From: Candidatus Poribacteria bacterium
Lineage (GTDB): Bacteria; Poribacteria; WGA-4E; UBA9662
Direction of reading: 5' to 3'
DNA length: 64,000 nucleotides
Assembly: GCA_046582655.1 (NCBI GenBank)
Contig: JAYGDX010000016.1
Location: 1 to 64,000 of the forward strand
This document shows positions 10,540-20,412 of this stretch, one piece after another. The stretch's first letter is position 1; every line of letters starts with the position of its first letter. Both the position numbers and the translations under genes were made by a program. The notes beneath the pieces are model-generated. The model was not told the origin of the DNA. It saw only the letters and a list, made by a program, of their open reading frames with translations, and ran no database searches.

Positions 10540-11890
10540 ATCTTTGGTAAAATCGAGCATAGCATTAGGATTACGCGGTAAAAAGGGCTTTTCGATTGTA
10601 TCCTGGATTCTTCGTCTGTGGAAATCTGTATCGGCCAAGAGGTGAAAATCCCCCCTTCCCGGCTGTTTTGTGTCCTCATGGAGGGGCTCGTGGTCGCTTA
10701 GAAAATAGTGAGAGCTGCTCAATTTCCGCCCGTTGTATCAATTTTTTCAGGTAAGGATATGTTGTTTTTTCCTATGATCTGGTTCTCGACAGTGGCAAGC
10801 AAATTGATCACAATTACGACGGACCTCGTGAGGAGATTTGGGAACTTAGTTTCATGGGACTCAACTGTGGAACAGTATTTAGATCAATAGATTTTCTGGA
10901 AACGTTAACAGAAATTGACCCCCACTAGGATTGGTTGTACAGAAGCATCTGGTGGAGGCACTCAGGCTTGCATGCTGACGGTAGTTGATGATCGTCTCAA
11001 GGTTTCTGCGCTAGTTACGCCGATGAGAATGCTGCTCTTCACAACCACGATCTAACAGAAACCCAATGTATAAAAAGATCTGATTGAGCAGCGAAAGATG
11101 AAAGATTTGCAAGAGCTCGACAGTTATTGTGCTGAGATGGGCTTGATGTTTTGGCATGTATTGGTTCTGCAGAAGTTCAATCAAGCGGATCTCATCGGTC
11201 GGAATTTGGATAAAATGGAAGAAAGCGATTTTACCGTAGACTTCATTTCAACTGGTCGTAGAGGTGTAGGATAAAATTTCTGCTTTAGTTTTCAAAACTG
11301 TGGTAGATCAGGGCAACCCAAGTAATCAGGGTACTAAGTCTAAATTCTCACCCGCAATTTTAGTAGTGTGTTCTATAGAACAAAAGGAAACACTACGATT
11401 ACTGAACCAGACTGATTCTTTACAAAACTGTTCAAGGCTGGGTGTGTAATTGTTACGGCTGATCTGTTTCAGAGTTCCGCTAAACAAGAAGAACGTGGTA
11501 AAGATGTTGAATATTTTACGAGCAACAACCGTACAGATACCGCTTGGCAAGTTCAAGATATCCTGACGTTGATTATGTGAATTTAGTGGGTATTGGTCAG
11601 GTCGTGATCAGGTCGGATTGGGGCGCTTCCTTGTAGCTAGTTTACTGATCTGAATCAACTGACAATTGATTCAGATCTATTTGACAATGAAGACGATAAC
11701 GAATATCTACAGAAACTGCCTATTCCCAGCCTGTTACGAGTTGGTGATTTTCGGACTGCAGGTGCGTTGTTGGCCTCGACATGCTATACGTAACACTGGA
11801 GGCGAATTTCAAACTAAATGGATTTCTGCTGCTTATCAGTTTGCTTCGGGGACAGATCAACTTCATATTATGCCGAGCCGATGCCTTTAA
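10540..11890 (+). pseudogene. Decayed acetylxylan-esterase-like alpha/beta hydrolase
   Basis: Frame-hopping fragments PGFFVCGNLYRP..FPAVLCPHG, LWNS..SIDFLETL..RIGCTEASGGGTQ..VDDRLKVSA, NRTDTAWQVQDILT, IPSLLRVGDFRTA, interrupted by many frameshifts and stops. Confidence 0.8.
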
Positions 11891-11927
11891 ATTAAATTGC
11901 CGTCTAGGTAATTAGATCAAATAAGCG

Positions 11928-14231
11928 CTAAAGCAGGAAGAGCGAAACCGCGATCTTCGTTTCACGCTCTCCTCCGCCGGTGGGTTCGACAAAGTTTTGT
12001 ATGATGTAATCCAATGTAATTAGTAATCCTATCTGTTGCCCCATGGCGCTTCCTTGTAAGACTAATTCAAAAAAACTTACTGTTCGGTTGTAGTGTTGTG
12101 CTACATTGTTTAGGTTGCGCCATGTCATATACTGTGCTCCGGCACTGAGTTGCAGTTGTTCTGCAACTTGGTGAACCAGTGTTAAAATATAGGCATTTCG
12201 GTTGACGTCGATTGATTTTCCTTCATTGAATGGTCTCATATACCCGATGGTTCTATCGCTACGAAACGCGGGAGCAATGGTTAAATCGTCACGCGGTTTG
12301 TATTCATACCGAATCTGGTTAATAAGCGCTGTATCGATCACACGCTGACGAGTATGAAAGAGTATGTCGTGTTGGTACTTGAACTGGCTGCGAATAGTTA
12401 GATTTTTTACGTTTTGATAGTCAATGATCATGGTGAAAATATTACCCAGATAATTTTGAAGAGTCAGTTCATCCTTGATGAGTTGGCCAGTTGTTCGGAT
12501 TACCACATCGTCAGGTATCATATCACGCGATCGACGGAATGTATGTCGAAAAATAATAGTTCCGAAATTGGGTATTGACTTGGGTGTGAATGAGGTAATA
12601 TTATACCATCCGCTGGCGCTTTTTTTGTCCAGAGTGAGGTGCTTTTCATAGTAGCCTGGTATAACCGATAAACTGCTGATGAAGGGTAATTCAAATTTGA
12701 GATAGGTATGGTGCCCAGAAGATCCTTCATCGTAATCTAGACGGTAGTTTGGTCTGTCATCATCCTCAAGGTTGTCTGGCTCACCATTATTGTTAAAATC
12801 AATTGATTCCCGATTAAGACCAAGTCGGAATTTAGGTGGATTGGCAAAAAAAAGGAGAAAATCGTCGTTCCAGTCCTTAACCCTATCTCCATCAATGTCA
12901 TCCCGTGTATTTCCGACGATTAATATTTCCGGTTCACGTGAGTCCGCATATGGGTCGTCGTCGTCGTTATCATCTATAAAACTGGTTGCACTATAGAAGG
13001 GATCGATACGCGTATATTCGCTCCGCCACGTGATAGGGCCAAAATTCCGGTTCACATCGATAAACCAGGCACTAACTGAATCGCTTGTTCTTTTCCCTTT
13101 CAGGATCGGATATTGTTTAGTTTTTGCATACCAAGACCTTTCTGCCGATAAAGAGAATCCCAGCAGTGTTGTCTGTAGATCTATCCCCAGAGTTGTCTCG
13201 TCTGTCAGTTCGCCGTAATAGAATTTGCGTGTTCTCCGATTAGACCCATCCTTGATGTTTCCCTCAGCGCTTAGTTCAAGTTGAAAATTTTTATTATCAG
13301 TTGAGATTTCAACAAGATAGTCATTGGCAATATCTATTTCAAACCGAATATTTTTGATGTCCTGTGAATTAAATATAAAAAATCTATAGGTGAAAAACCC
13401 CTCATTGTTGGCAGATCTCGATTGAGTACCACGTATGCTATCATGCGGCAATGCCAGAATACCCGGAGGTTCCCTTCCCCCTTTTACATTGTATTCTAGG
13501 ATGCTATCCATGAACGCTTTAACCTCGAAAATTTCTGCTCCTCCATCATCTTCTGGCGATGCATCACGAAAACGCAGGAAAATTTCGGAGGGTGGGTTGT
13601 TGATAGTTACGCCTTGCAAAGGATTATGTGAGCGCGTCAGATCATAGTTGGTAAAGAACCTGTTAACATAACTGAGTCCAAGTCGAGGCAACGGCAGAAT
13701 AAACTCAGGAAGATTAGCAATGCTAATGCCGTAAGCGCCCAAGTTCGCTTCCGCTCGAACACCTGCCATAAACCAATCGTTATCGCTTTGAATATCACGA
13801 TTTTCAATAGGCGACGAACGTTCTCCCGATATTGAAAAGGTATTGTTTGTAACGCGGCCGGCAAACATTGAAACTCGTCCACCGGTGTCTGGGACGGTTA
13901 TGTTCCATCGAGCAGCATCATAAAGTTCCTTATTAAGTGTAAAACTCGAGAACTTGGTGGGGAAATTCCCAACCGTCAATTGATGATGGACGTTTTTGCC
14001 CTCAACGTTAAAGGTGAAGAAGTTTCGATTACCAGTTTTTTTCTTGAATTCTTTGTCTCGACGCAATACGGAACTGCCTTCAAGAACGCCGAAGTTTGCG
14101 TGAAGACGATAAAGTTCTTTCCCACTTTTATCAAAAACTGGGTTACCTAATGGATCGATGTGCTGGGCTGATCCTGATACATGAATTAAGAAAAACAACG
14201 CTAGGTAACTTTGAGATTGTTTAAAAGTCAT
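11928..14231 (-). CDS. Hypothetical exported/outer-membrane protein with Asp-rich Ca2+-binding-like motifs
   Basis: Signal peptide; amphipathic beta-strand pattern; DDNDDDDP, DIDGDRVKD, DFNNNGEPD; hydrophobic C-terminal strand. Confidence 0.7.
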   Translation of the reverse strand: MTFKQSQSYLALFFLIHVSGSAQHIDPLGNPVFDKSGKELYRLHANFGVLEGSSVLRRDKEFKKKTGNRNFFTFNVEGKNVHHQLTVGNFPTKFSSFTLNKELYDAARWNITVPDTGGRVSMFAGRVTNNTFSISGERSSPIENRDIQSDNDWFMAGVRAEANLGAYGISIANLPEFILPLPRLGLSYVNRFFTNYDLTRSHNPLQGVTINNPPSEIFLRFRDASPEDDGGAEIFEVKAFMDSILEYNVKGGREPPGILALPHDSIRGTQSRSANNEGFFTYRFFIFNSQDIKNIRFEIDIANDYLVEISTDNKNFQLELSAEGNIKDGSNRRTRKFYYGELTDETTLGIDLQTTLLGFSLSAERSWYAKTKQYPILKGKRTSDSVSAWFIDVNRNFGPITWRSEYTRIDPFYSATSFIDDNDDDDPYADSREPEILIVGNTRDDIDGDRVKDWNDDFLLFFANPPKFRLGLNRESIDFNNNGEPDNLEDDDRPNYRLDYDEGSSGHHTYLKFELPFISSLSVIPGYYEKHLTLDKKSASGWYNITSFTPKSIPNFGTIIFRHTFRRSRDMIPDDVVIRTTGQLIKDELTLQNYLGNIFTMIIDYQNVKNLTIRSQFKYQHDILFHTRQRVIDTALINQIRYEYKPRDDLTIAPAFRSDRTIGYMRPFNEGKSIDVNRNAYILTLVHQVAEQLQLSAGAQYMTWRNLNNVAQHYNRTVSFFELVLQGSAMGQQIGLLITLDYIIQNFVEPTGGGERETKIAVSLFLL

Positions 14232-15150
14232 AAATTACGCTTACACGATGACTGCCATAAGTATTTTGCAACCCGCCGACGGGAAAAATAAAACCATAAT
14301 CGATTCCAACCTGCTTTGACGGTCGATAACCAGCACCGAAGGTTAGATTCGTGCCCCAGGCTAGGTTTTCAAGGCGAAATCCACCACGCAGATAAAAACG
14401 ACCTTGACCGAATTGTTGTTCAATGCCTAAACGGACATCGACTTCATTATGTCTGAAAACTAAATCCATTTCGCCAGCAAAACTATCACTAAGGATACCG
14501 ATGCCGAGCGATGTCACTATGGGCAAATTTTCCACTACTTTTGAGTTCTTTGAAGCAATGTCCGGTCTATTAAGATTCTGTATAGATAAGGCGATTGGAA
14601 TGTTCGGTGAAGGACTAAAAATGAGGCCGAAGTCGAAGCTGAACTTTGTTTGTTGAAGGAGATCTTCAATAATTGTCCCATTCGAACCGATGGTTGGTGC
14701 TGTATTCCAACTGAGAAGTTTTGCTGATCCTCCGATAGCAATTTGTCTTTCATTTTCTTTGCCTAGTGAGATTCTTTTGCTGGTACCAACAACTACATAG
14801 TTTTCTGTATACAGCCCTTCGACGTTAAATTGTTTCCAAAGAAACCCGATCGTTCCTGTTTCAAGAACAGAGTTTGCATAGGCCAGAATATCTTGCCTAA
14901 TTGAGTTTTGGTCAGTTAACCCTAAATGTAACAATGCGGTAGTTGCGGATAATTCCTGACCAGTTATATTTGAAATTGAGGCTGGATTAATGAGTATCCC
15001 ATCGGCTTGATTCGCAATAGCAGTCAATGCGTTTCCCATCCCATATGCACGGGCACCGATATATTGATCGTCGAAAGCGGCATATGAACTAGACAGAAAA
15101 ACAAAAAGATAATAGGCAGGACAGAGTTTTCCAAAACATTTCATAATCAC
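14221..15150 (-). CDS. PorV/PorP(SprF)-like outer-membrane beta-barrel protein
   Basis: Signal peptide then GARAYGMGNA..A...NPA; LRGG, GAGY, IDYGF; C-terminal SHRVSVIYDF ending in Phe. Confidence 0.75.
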   Translation of the reverse strand: MIMKCFGKLCPAYYLFVFLSSSYAAFDDQYIGARAYGMGNALTAIANQADGILINPASISNITGQELSATTALLHLGLTDQNSIRQDILAYANSVLETGTIGFLWKQFNVEGLYTENYVVVGTSKRISLGKENERQIAIGGSAKLLSWNTAPTIGSNGTIIEDLLQQTKFSFDFGLIFSPSPNIPIALSIQNLNRPDIASKNSKVVENLPIVTSLGIGILSDSFAGEMDLVFRHNEVDVRLGIEQQFGQGRFYLRGGFRLENLAWGTNLTFGAGYRPSKQVGIDYGFIFPVGGLQNTYGSHRVSVIYDF

Positions 15151-15191
15151 ATAAACTTATTTGGGTTCAGTATTAAAATTTTTTGATTCTT

Positions 15192-17132
15192 TCATTTCCC
15201 TATGACAATTACACCGTTTGAGATCTTAGTTCCAATCCGTACTTGATACAAGTATGGCCCAATATTAACGATCTCGCCCGTTCGGTTGCGACCGTCCCAC
15301 TCAACGCTCACTGAATTGGTATTAATAACGGTACGGTCGATAAGTGTACGGACTAATTTACTGTTTAAGTCAAAAATTTCGATGGTGAGTTCTCTCTGGC
15401 CAAGTTCTAAAATATTTGGTGCAGTAATTGTCAAATGTGTTGTGTCTGCTACACCATTTCCATCAGGTGAAAAAGGGTTAAAAGTCCAAGCAGTGCTGAT
15501 TTCAGACAAAACCGTTTGAAAAACGGCAAATTGGGCGATATAGTTCAGCTCAATTTCAACCATTTGCAGATTTTGATTGACTGAGCCACCAGCTATTTGC
15601 CATTCTTGTGCCGGTTCATCCCATGAAAAAATCCGCATATTCTTGGACATCAAAGGATCAACTCCAGCATTCAACAGATCAAAGCTATCATAGCTAATTC
15701 GCAAAAACACAGGCTTGTTTAAAATTAGGTGATTAAACTCAGTAAACGGTACAATCTTAGAACTTGATGCATCAAAAAACTCAATTTCATTAATCTGTAT
15801 ATTATTTGCCTGTTTACTTTCAATGATTTTGAATCGTACGTAACGTGCCTTTGGTCTTATTTCCAAATCTATATTTGTTATATGATCCAAAAAATCATCA
15901 AACTCAAGAATTTCTATGAACTGCTGATCATCACCAGAGGTATAAATGATGACATTTTGAGGACCAAAAGATTTCTCCTGATCCATATTTGCATGAACGG
16001 TAATGCGTCCAATAGTGTACTGTCTACCAAGATCAATAGTTAAGTCTATCGGCAATGGTGTCAGGTTTGTTATCCAAGTTGAGGGGGCATCGAAAAGACC
16101 ATCAACAACTAAATCAGGGGGTTGATACGGCAGAAAGTTGCTCGATTCTGCTGAGAAGTTAGTCTGTAGGAAAGCGACAAAACGGTAAACAACCGCAGGA
16201 GATGTATTTGCTGCAATCATCGTATTACTCAGGTATGAAAACGGTGGAATTTCTGTGGGTTGAATACGCCAAAATTGTAGTTTCTTAATTTGTTGATTAA
16301 AACTGTCAACAGGAATACTAACTTCCGTTTGAGTACCGTCGCTTAAAAGAAAATAACCGTCTTCTGCTGCTTCTGGGAGTAATTCTGGCTGATACACAAG
16401 TGAGATTGTATGCTGATCGACAGCTAAAGTCGGATTCAAAATTTGGGGTGGTAAAGCAGTGGCAATAAGAGTAATATGATTTTCACCTGGCCGTAAAAGA
16501 ACTTCCATTGAAAAATCTTGGTTGTCTCTACTCATTAGATCTAGCGAGATTGCAATTGATTCAATACTTGCTTGAATCACACGCTCATCAGTATTGAGAA
16601 ATTCTATAGACTGAACCGCTATTTGATTAGACTGCCACCCCTCAACCATCGTGACCTCAATGAATCGAGAATTGATAGGTAAGGAAAAAGCAACAAATAC
16701 ACGATGGAATTCTGTCGATAGACTTGATGGGACATTGAATTTTTTGGGGATACTAAAATCAGATCCATCCTGAGAAAATGCCAGTTGGATAGCCCTTGGC
16801 CCAAGAGGGAATTGGGAATTGGGGACAGGTTGGATCAAGATGCCACTCAGTAGTTGCGTACTATCTAGATCCATCGTAACTGATTGAATTGGGTGCTGTA
16901 GATCAGCTAGCGACTTGATGCCACCGGGCGTATTAACGGAGACAATAATCTCAGTTGGGATTTTCGAGGTAACATTACCTTTGATTGCCAATTTCTGGTT
17001 ATTTGTTGTAAAACCTGTTTCTGGATAGATAATTGACAGGTCAATAAATGCCGTAGATGCTTGGTTGAAGGCGATTAACAAGCTAAAGAGGATTAATAGA
17101 AATCCAAATCTCATAGCTTCTCCCAATGACAT
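15192..17132 (-). CDS. Secreted protein with discoidin (F5/8 type C)-like domains and a C-terminal FlgD-Ig/T9SS-type sorting domain
   Basis: Signal peptide; VDG..STW..LTIDLG and ARYVRF discoidin motifs; C-terminal NPFSPDGNG..IFDLNSKLVRTL..WDGRN..GPYLY. Confidence 0.75.
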   Translation of the reverse strand: MSLGEAMRFGFLLILFSLLIAFNQASTAFIDLSIIYPETGFTTNNQKLAIKGNVTSKIPTEIIVSVNTPGGIKSLADLQHPIQSVTMDLDSTQLLSGILIQPVPNSQFPLGPRAIQLAFSQDGSDFSIPKKFNVPSSLSTEFHRVFVAFSLPINSRFIEVTMVEGWQSNQIAVQSIEFLNTDERVIQASIESIAISLDLMSRDNQDFSMEVLLRPGENHITLIATALPPQILNPTLAVDQHTISLVYQPELLPEAAEDGYFLLSDGTQTEVSIPVDSFNQQIKKLQFWRIQPTEIPPFSYLSNTMIAANTSPAVVYRFVAFLQTNFSAESSNFLPYQPPDLVVDGLFDAPSTWITNLTPLPIDLTIDLGRQYTIGRITVHANMDQEKSFGPQNVIIYTSGDDQQFIEILEFDDFLDHITNIDLEIRPKARYVRFKIIESKQANNIQINEIEFFDASSSKIVPFTEFNHLILNKPVFLRISYDSFDLLNAGVDPLMSKNMRIFSWDEPAQEWQIAGGSVNQNLQMVEIELNYIAQFAVFQTVLSEISTAWTFNPFSPDGNGVADTTHLTITAPNILELGQRELTIEIFDLNSKLVRTLIDRTVINTNSVSVEWDGRNRTGEIVNIGPYLYQVRIGTKISNGVIVIGK

Positions 17133-17184
17133 GCTAGTGTATCATAGAACGAGAATTTCAGCAAAAAATTTCAGTGAAAACGTC

Positions 17185-17214
17185 TTGACATTCGTACATG
17201 CTATTTGATACCAT
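17185..17214 (+). promoter_or_regulatory. Sigma70 promoter of the tRNA pair
   Basis: TTGACA (17185-17190), 18-nt spacer, TG-n-TACCAT (17209-17214), 20 nt upstream of tRNA-Phe. Confidence 0.65.
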
Positions 17215-17233
17215 TCTGTTCGCTTTTGTAAGT

Positions 17234-17306
<73 letters not shown>

Positions 17307-17343
17307 TTCTCCTCTTATTTTCCTTTATATCGAGTTTGCCTGT

Positions 17344-17416
17344 GCCGATGTAGCTCAGGGGCTAGAGCAACTGATTCGTAATCAGTAGGTCGGAGGTTCA
17401 AATCCTCTCATCGGCT
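17344..17416 (+). tRNA. tRNA-Thr (CGT)
   Basis: GCCGATG/CATCGGC acceptor stem, ACTGA-TTCGTAA-TCAGT anticodon arm, GGTTCAAATCC T-arm; CCA not encoded. Confidence 0.95.
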
Positions 17417-17457
17417 CACTATGTTGTGGATTCCTCTTCTCTAAACCAAAAACTAAT

Positions 17458-17486
17458 CTAAACTCTTTTCCATGTTGATTCGTCAA
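17458..17486 (+). promoter_or_regulatory. Putative ECF-sigma autoregulatory promoter
   Basis: AAAC-N17-CGTCAA directly upstream of the ECF sigma gene, resembling the AAC/CGT consensus of many ECF promoters. Confidence 0.45.
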
Positions 17487-17500
17487 TTCTGGGTGTAGAA

Positions 17501-18085
17501 GTGAGGATTTCTAGCATAATGAAGGACGTTCCAGATCATTTTTTTGTACAGAAGGTGAAATCTGGTGATACAGAGGCCTTTGGAGAGTTGGTGCGAAGGT
17601 ACCAGAAACGGATTTATGAACTAGCATATCGTTTCGCTCGCCATCCGGAGGAAGCCTATGACTTATCGCAGGAAATTTTTCTTAAAGCGTTCAATGCACT
17701 TGATCGTTTCCGCGGTTCTTCAGGTTTCTATACTTGGCTTTACAAAATTGCCCAAAATACTTGTATAGATTACACTAGGCGAAAGAGTACGTGGTCTGAG
17801 CTTCCTTTCAGTAATGATTTCCCTTTGGACGATTCTTGGTTACATCCAAGAACTATTGATGATTTTACTACAAAGTCTCTGGAAATTCAGGAACTGAGTA
17901 AAGAAATCAATAGCGCAATTAATCAATTATCGTCGCGGCAGAAGCAGGTATTTATCTTGAGACATTACGAAGGTTTAGCTTTACGTGATATTGCCGATGT
18001 ACTCGATCTAAAGGTCGGTAGTGTAAAAGCCCATCTCTTTAATGCAATTCGGAAATTACGAATACGGCTGACACCTTATATATGA
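17501..18085 (+). CDS. ECF RNA polymerase sigma factor (start may be ATG 17519)
   Basis: GDTEAFGELVRRY, DLSQEIFLKAF, FYTWLYKIAQN, region 4 GSVKAHLFNA. Confidence 0.95.
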   Translation: MRISSIMKDVPDHFFVQKVKSGDTEAFGELVRRYQKRIYELAYRFARHPEEAYDLSQEIFLKAFNALDRFRGSSGFYTWLYKIAQNTCIDYTRRKSTWSELPFSNDFPLDDSWLHPRTIDDFTTKSLEIQELSKEINSAINQLSSRQKQVFILRHYEGLALRDIADVLDLKVGSVKAHLFNAIRKLRIRLTPYI

Positions 18086-18747
18086 TAATAGAGCAAGTTA
18101 TGAAATGCAGTTGGATAGGAAACTTAATCCCTCAGTACTCTGAAGGTACCTTGGACGAATATCAATTGGACTTGATAAATCAACATTTGGAAAATTGTTC
18201 AGATTGTAGCTTGGAACTGGATGATTTCGATCGGTTACTCAGTCTGGTAACTAACGTGGAAATCAAATATCCGTTGCCAGCGGTGTGGAATAATTTTTGG
18301 GCAGATTTACGTTGGAAAATTGAGTCTCCTCAGGTTGACCAGCGACCAGCATTTCGAAGTTTAAGTTGGCATCATATTGGCATTTGGAAGTTTGCTAGTA
18401 TTGGATGCGTTTTATTACTAACAGTGCTATTATGGTTGCAGTTGTTTAATAATTCCCCTAGTGCGCATCAATTAAAATCGTTAGCCCCCGAAGATTTACA
18501 GGTTGTAAACTACTTTTTCGGTGGGATTCCTGTTGGACAAATTTTAGAGCAAATTAATTCTGAAGAGCAAGAGGCTGAATTTGCGTGGGAATCGAATTTA
18601 GTCTTAAATCTGGAATCTGTGGAACTTACCAATTTATTTCCTGACACAATTGCTGGCAAAGATTATTTAACTAATTTAAGTGATTTCGATTTACCAACAT
18701 ATCCATCAGGGAGTTTGGATGGTGCTATTCTCACTTCAATGAAATAA
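18082..18747 (+). CDS. Zinc-binding (ZAS, zf-HC2) transmembrane anti-sigma factor
   Basis: C...HLENCSDC (HxxxCxxC), single TM helix, translationally coupled to the sigma gene. Confidence 0.85.
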   Translation: MIIEQVMKCSWIGNLIPQYSEGTLDEYQLDLINQHLENCSDCSLELDDFDRLLSLVTNVEIKYPLPAVWNNFWADLRWKIESPQVDQRPAFRSLSWHHIGIWKFASIGCVLLLTVLLWLQLFNNSPSAHQLKSLAPEDLQVVNYFFGGIPVGQILEQINSEEQEAEFAWESNLVLNLESVELTNLFPDTIAGKDYLTNLSDFDLPTYPSGSLDGAILTSMK

Positions 18748-18750
18748 AGA

Positions 18751-18782
18751 CTTGTATGGTCAGTCATCTTGTATGGTCAGTC
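18751..18782. repeat. Tandem direct repeat CTTGTATGGTCAGTC x2 (period 17)
   Basis: Two exact 15-bp copies at 18751-18765 and 18768-18782. Confidence 0.85.
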
Positions 18783-19307
18783 GTAGTGAAAAGTAAGAAA
18801 TATCTTCTCCCATTGGCTTTGCTTCTACTTGTGGCTGGAATTGTGGTTATACTGCCATATCTCAACGCAGAACGCCCGGTTCCTGAACCTGAAAGATCGC
18901 AAATTACTACAGAACTTATCGAAGCGCTCAAAATCTGGAAATTGATTCATGCAGTCTCGCCAACTACCGAGCAATCTGTCCCTTTACTGGCAAAATTCAA
19001 TGAACTGGAGGAATTAAAAAAGAAATATCGTCGTGATCATCGTCAAATTTATGATCAATTGAAACAGTTACAAGATGATATACAGGATCCAGTCTCATCG
19101 CAGAGGGTGCTAGATAACTATCGACAGATTGAAGAAAAATTTATTCAGCGTCGGCGGGAAATCAAAGACAAAATCAATGAAATCTTGACTGTCGAGCAAC
19201 AAATGAAATTTGCGGTTTTTAGTTTTACCTACCGAAAAGACCTACGAAAAACCCTACAGTTACTGTTGTCACTCCAGAAGCTTGATATAAAATCGCAATC
19301 GAAATAA
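18756..19307 (+). CDS. Exported helical protein (Spy/CpxP-like accessory of the ECF operon); start uncertain
   Basis: N-terminal hydrophobic segment, coiled-coil body, ILTVEQQMKF (LTxxQ motif). Confidence 0.6.
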   Translation: MVSHLVWSVVVKSKKYLLPLALLLLVAGIVVILPYLNAERPVPEPERSQITTELIEALKIWKLIHAVSPTTEQSVPLLAKFNELEELKKKYRRDHRQIYDQLKQLQDDIQDPVSSQRVLDNYRQIEEKFIQRRREIKDKINEILTVEQQMKFAVFSFTYRKDLRKTLQLLLSLQKLDIKSQSK

Positions 19308-19452
19308 TAAGCCCCTTCCCGCGAATAATCCGAGTCGAGAGTCGATCAAATAATTTCGTGTATTATAATAATTCTCCCAATCTTAATCTGTGGTGAGGTA
19401 TCAGGTGTCATCTTTTACAGTTGTGGTGCAACTGTGATTAAATTCAAGGACC

Positions 19453-20412
19453 GTGAACTCAAGCCCAAACATTGATTCACCACTTATCATATGTATTCTG
19501 GGCCCTACTGCTGTTGGAAAAACATCAGTTGCTATCAAGCTTGCCCAAGTTTTCGATGCTGAGGTCTTGTCTGTCGATTCCCGCCAGATTTACCAGCAAA
19601 TATCCATTGGCACTGCCAAACCGACGAAGGAAGAACAAGAAACAATACGGCATCATCTAATTGATTGTGTTGACATTGATCAAACATTTTCGGTTGCAGA
19701 TTACCAACTGCTTGCCGATCAAGCAATAAATAATATTCACAATTGTCAGAAACGTGTATTGCTTGTGGGGGGATCAGGTCTCTACTTTCGTGCTATCGTC
19801 GATGGCCTCTTTGATGGGCCGGGAGCTGATTGGCAAATTCGTGCTGATCTCAGCCAAAAAGCTGAGAGGTACGGAAGAGATTATCTGCATAGGAAGTTGC
19901 GTCGTATAGATCCTATTTCTGCTGGACGGATTCATCCAAATAACTTATCTCGTGTTATTCGGGCACTTGAGATCTATAAATTAACTGGTAGACCAATTTC
20001 AGATTTTCAGAGAAATTGGAGTCAAAACCAGCCACGGTATAATTTCTCCGCTTTCGGGTTAACGATGCCACGTGAACAACTATACCATCGAATTGAAACG
20101 CGCGTTAACTATATGCTTGAAATCGGGTGGATCGACGAGGTGAAAAACCTACTAGAAGAATATAATTCTGACGCACATATAAATCTTCGAGCTTATCCAG
20201 CTGTGCAGAGCTACGGTTACAAAGAAATCATTGATTACTTAGATCAACATTTGGGTCTTGATCAAGCGATTAGTCAAATTAAGCAACGTACGCGAAATTA
20301 TGCCAAGCGTCAGTTGACTTGGTTTCGAAAAGACTCGCGAATCAACTGGCTCGACGTTTCAGATTTTGACTCGGTAGATCAAATAATTGAGAGGATGTCA
20401 GCACAAGCATGA
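19453..20412 (+). CDS. miaA: tRNA dimethylallyltransferase
   Basis: GPTAVGKT, DSRQIY, IGTAKP, VGGSGLY, RVIRALE, TRNYAKRQLTWFR. Confidence 0.97.
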   Translation: MNSSPNIDSPLIICILGPTAVGKTSVAIKLAQVFDAEVLSVDSRQIYQQISIGTAKPTKEEQETIRHHLIDCVDIDQTFSVADYQLLADQAINNIHNCQKRVLLVGGSGLYFRAIVDGLFDGPGADWQIRADLSQKAERYGRDYLHRKLRRIDPISAGRIHPNNLSRVIRALEIYKLTGRPISDFQRNWSQNQPRYNFSAFGLTMPREQLYHRIETRVNYMLEIGWIDEVKNLLEEYNSDAHINLRAYPAVQSYGYKEIIDYLDQHLGLDQAISQIKQRTRNYAKRQLTWFRKDSRINWLDVSDFDSVDQIIERMSAQA

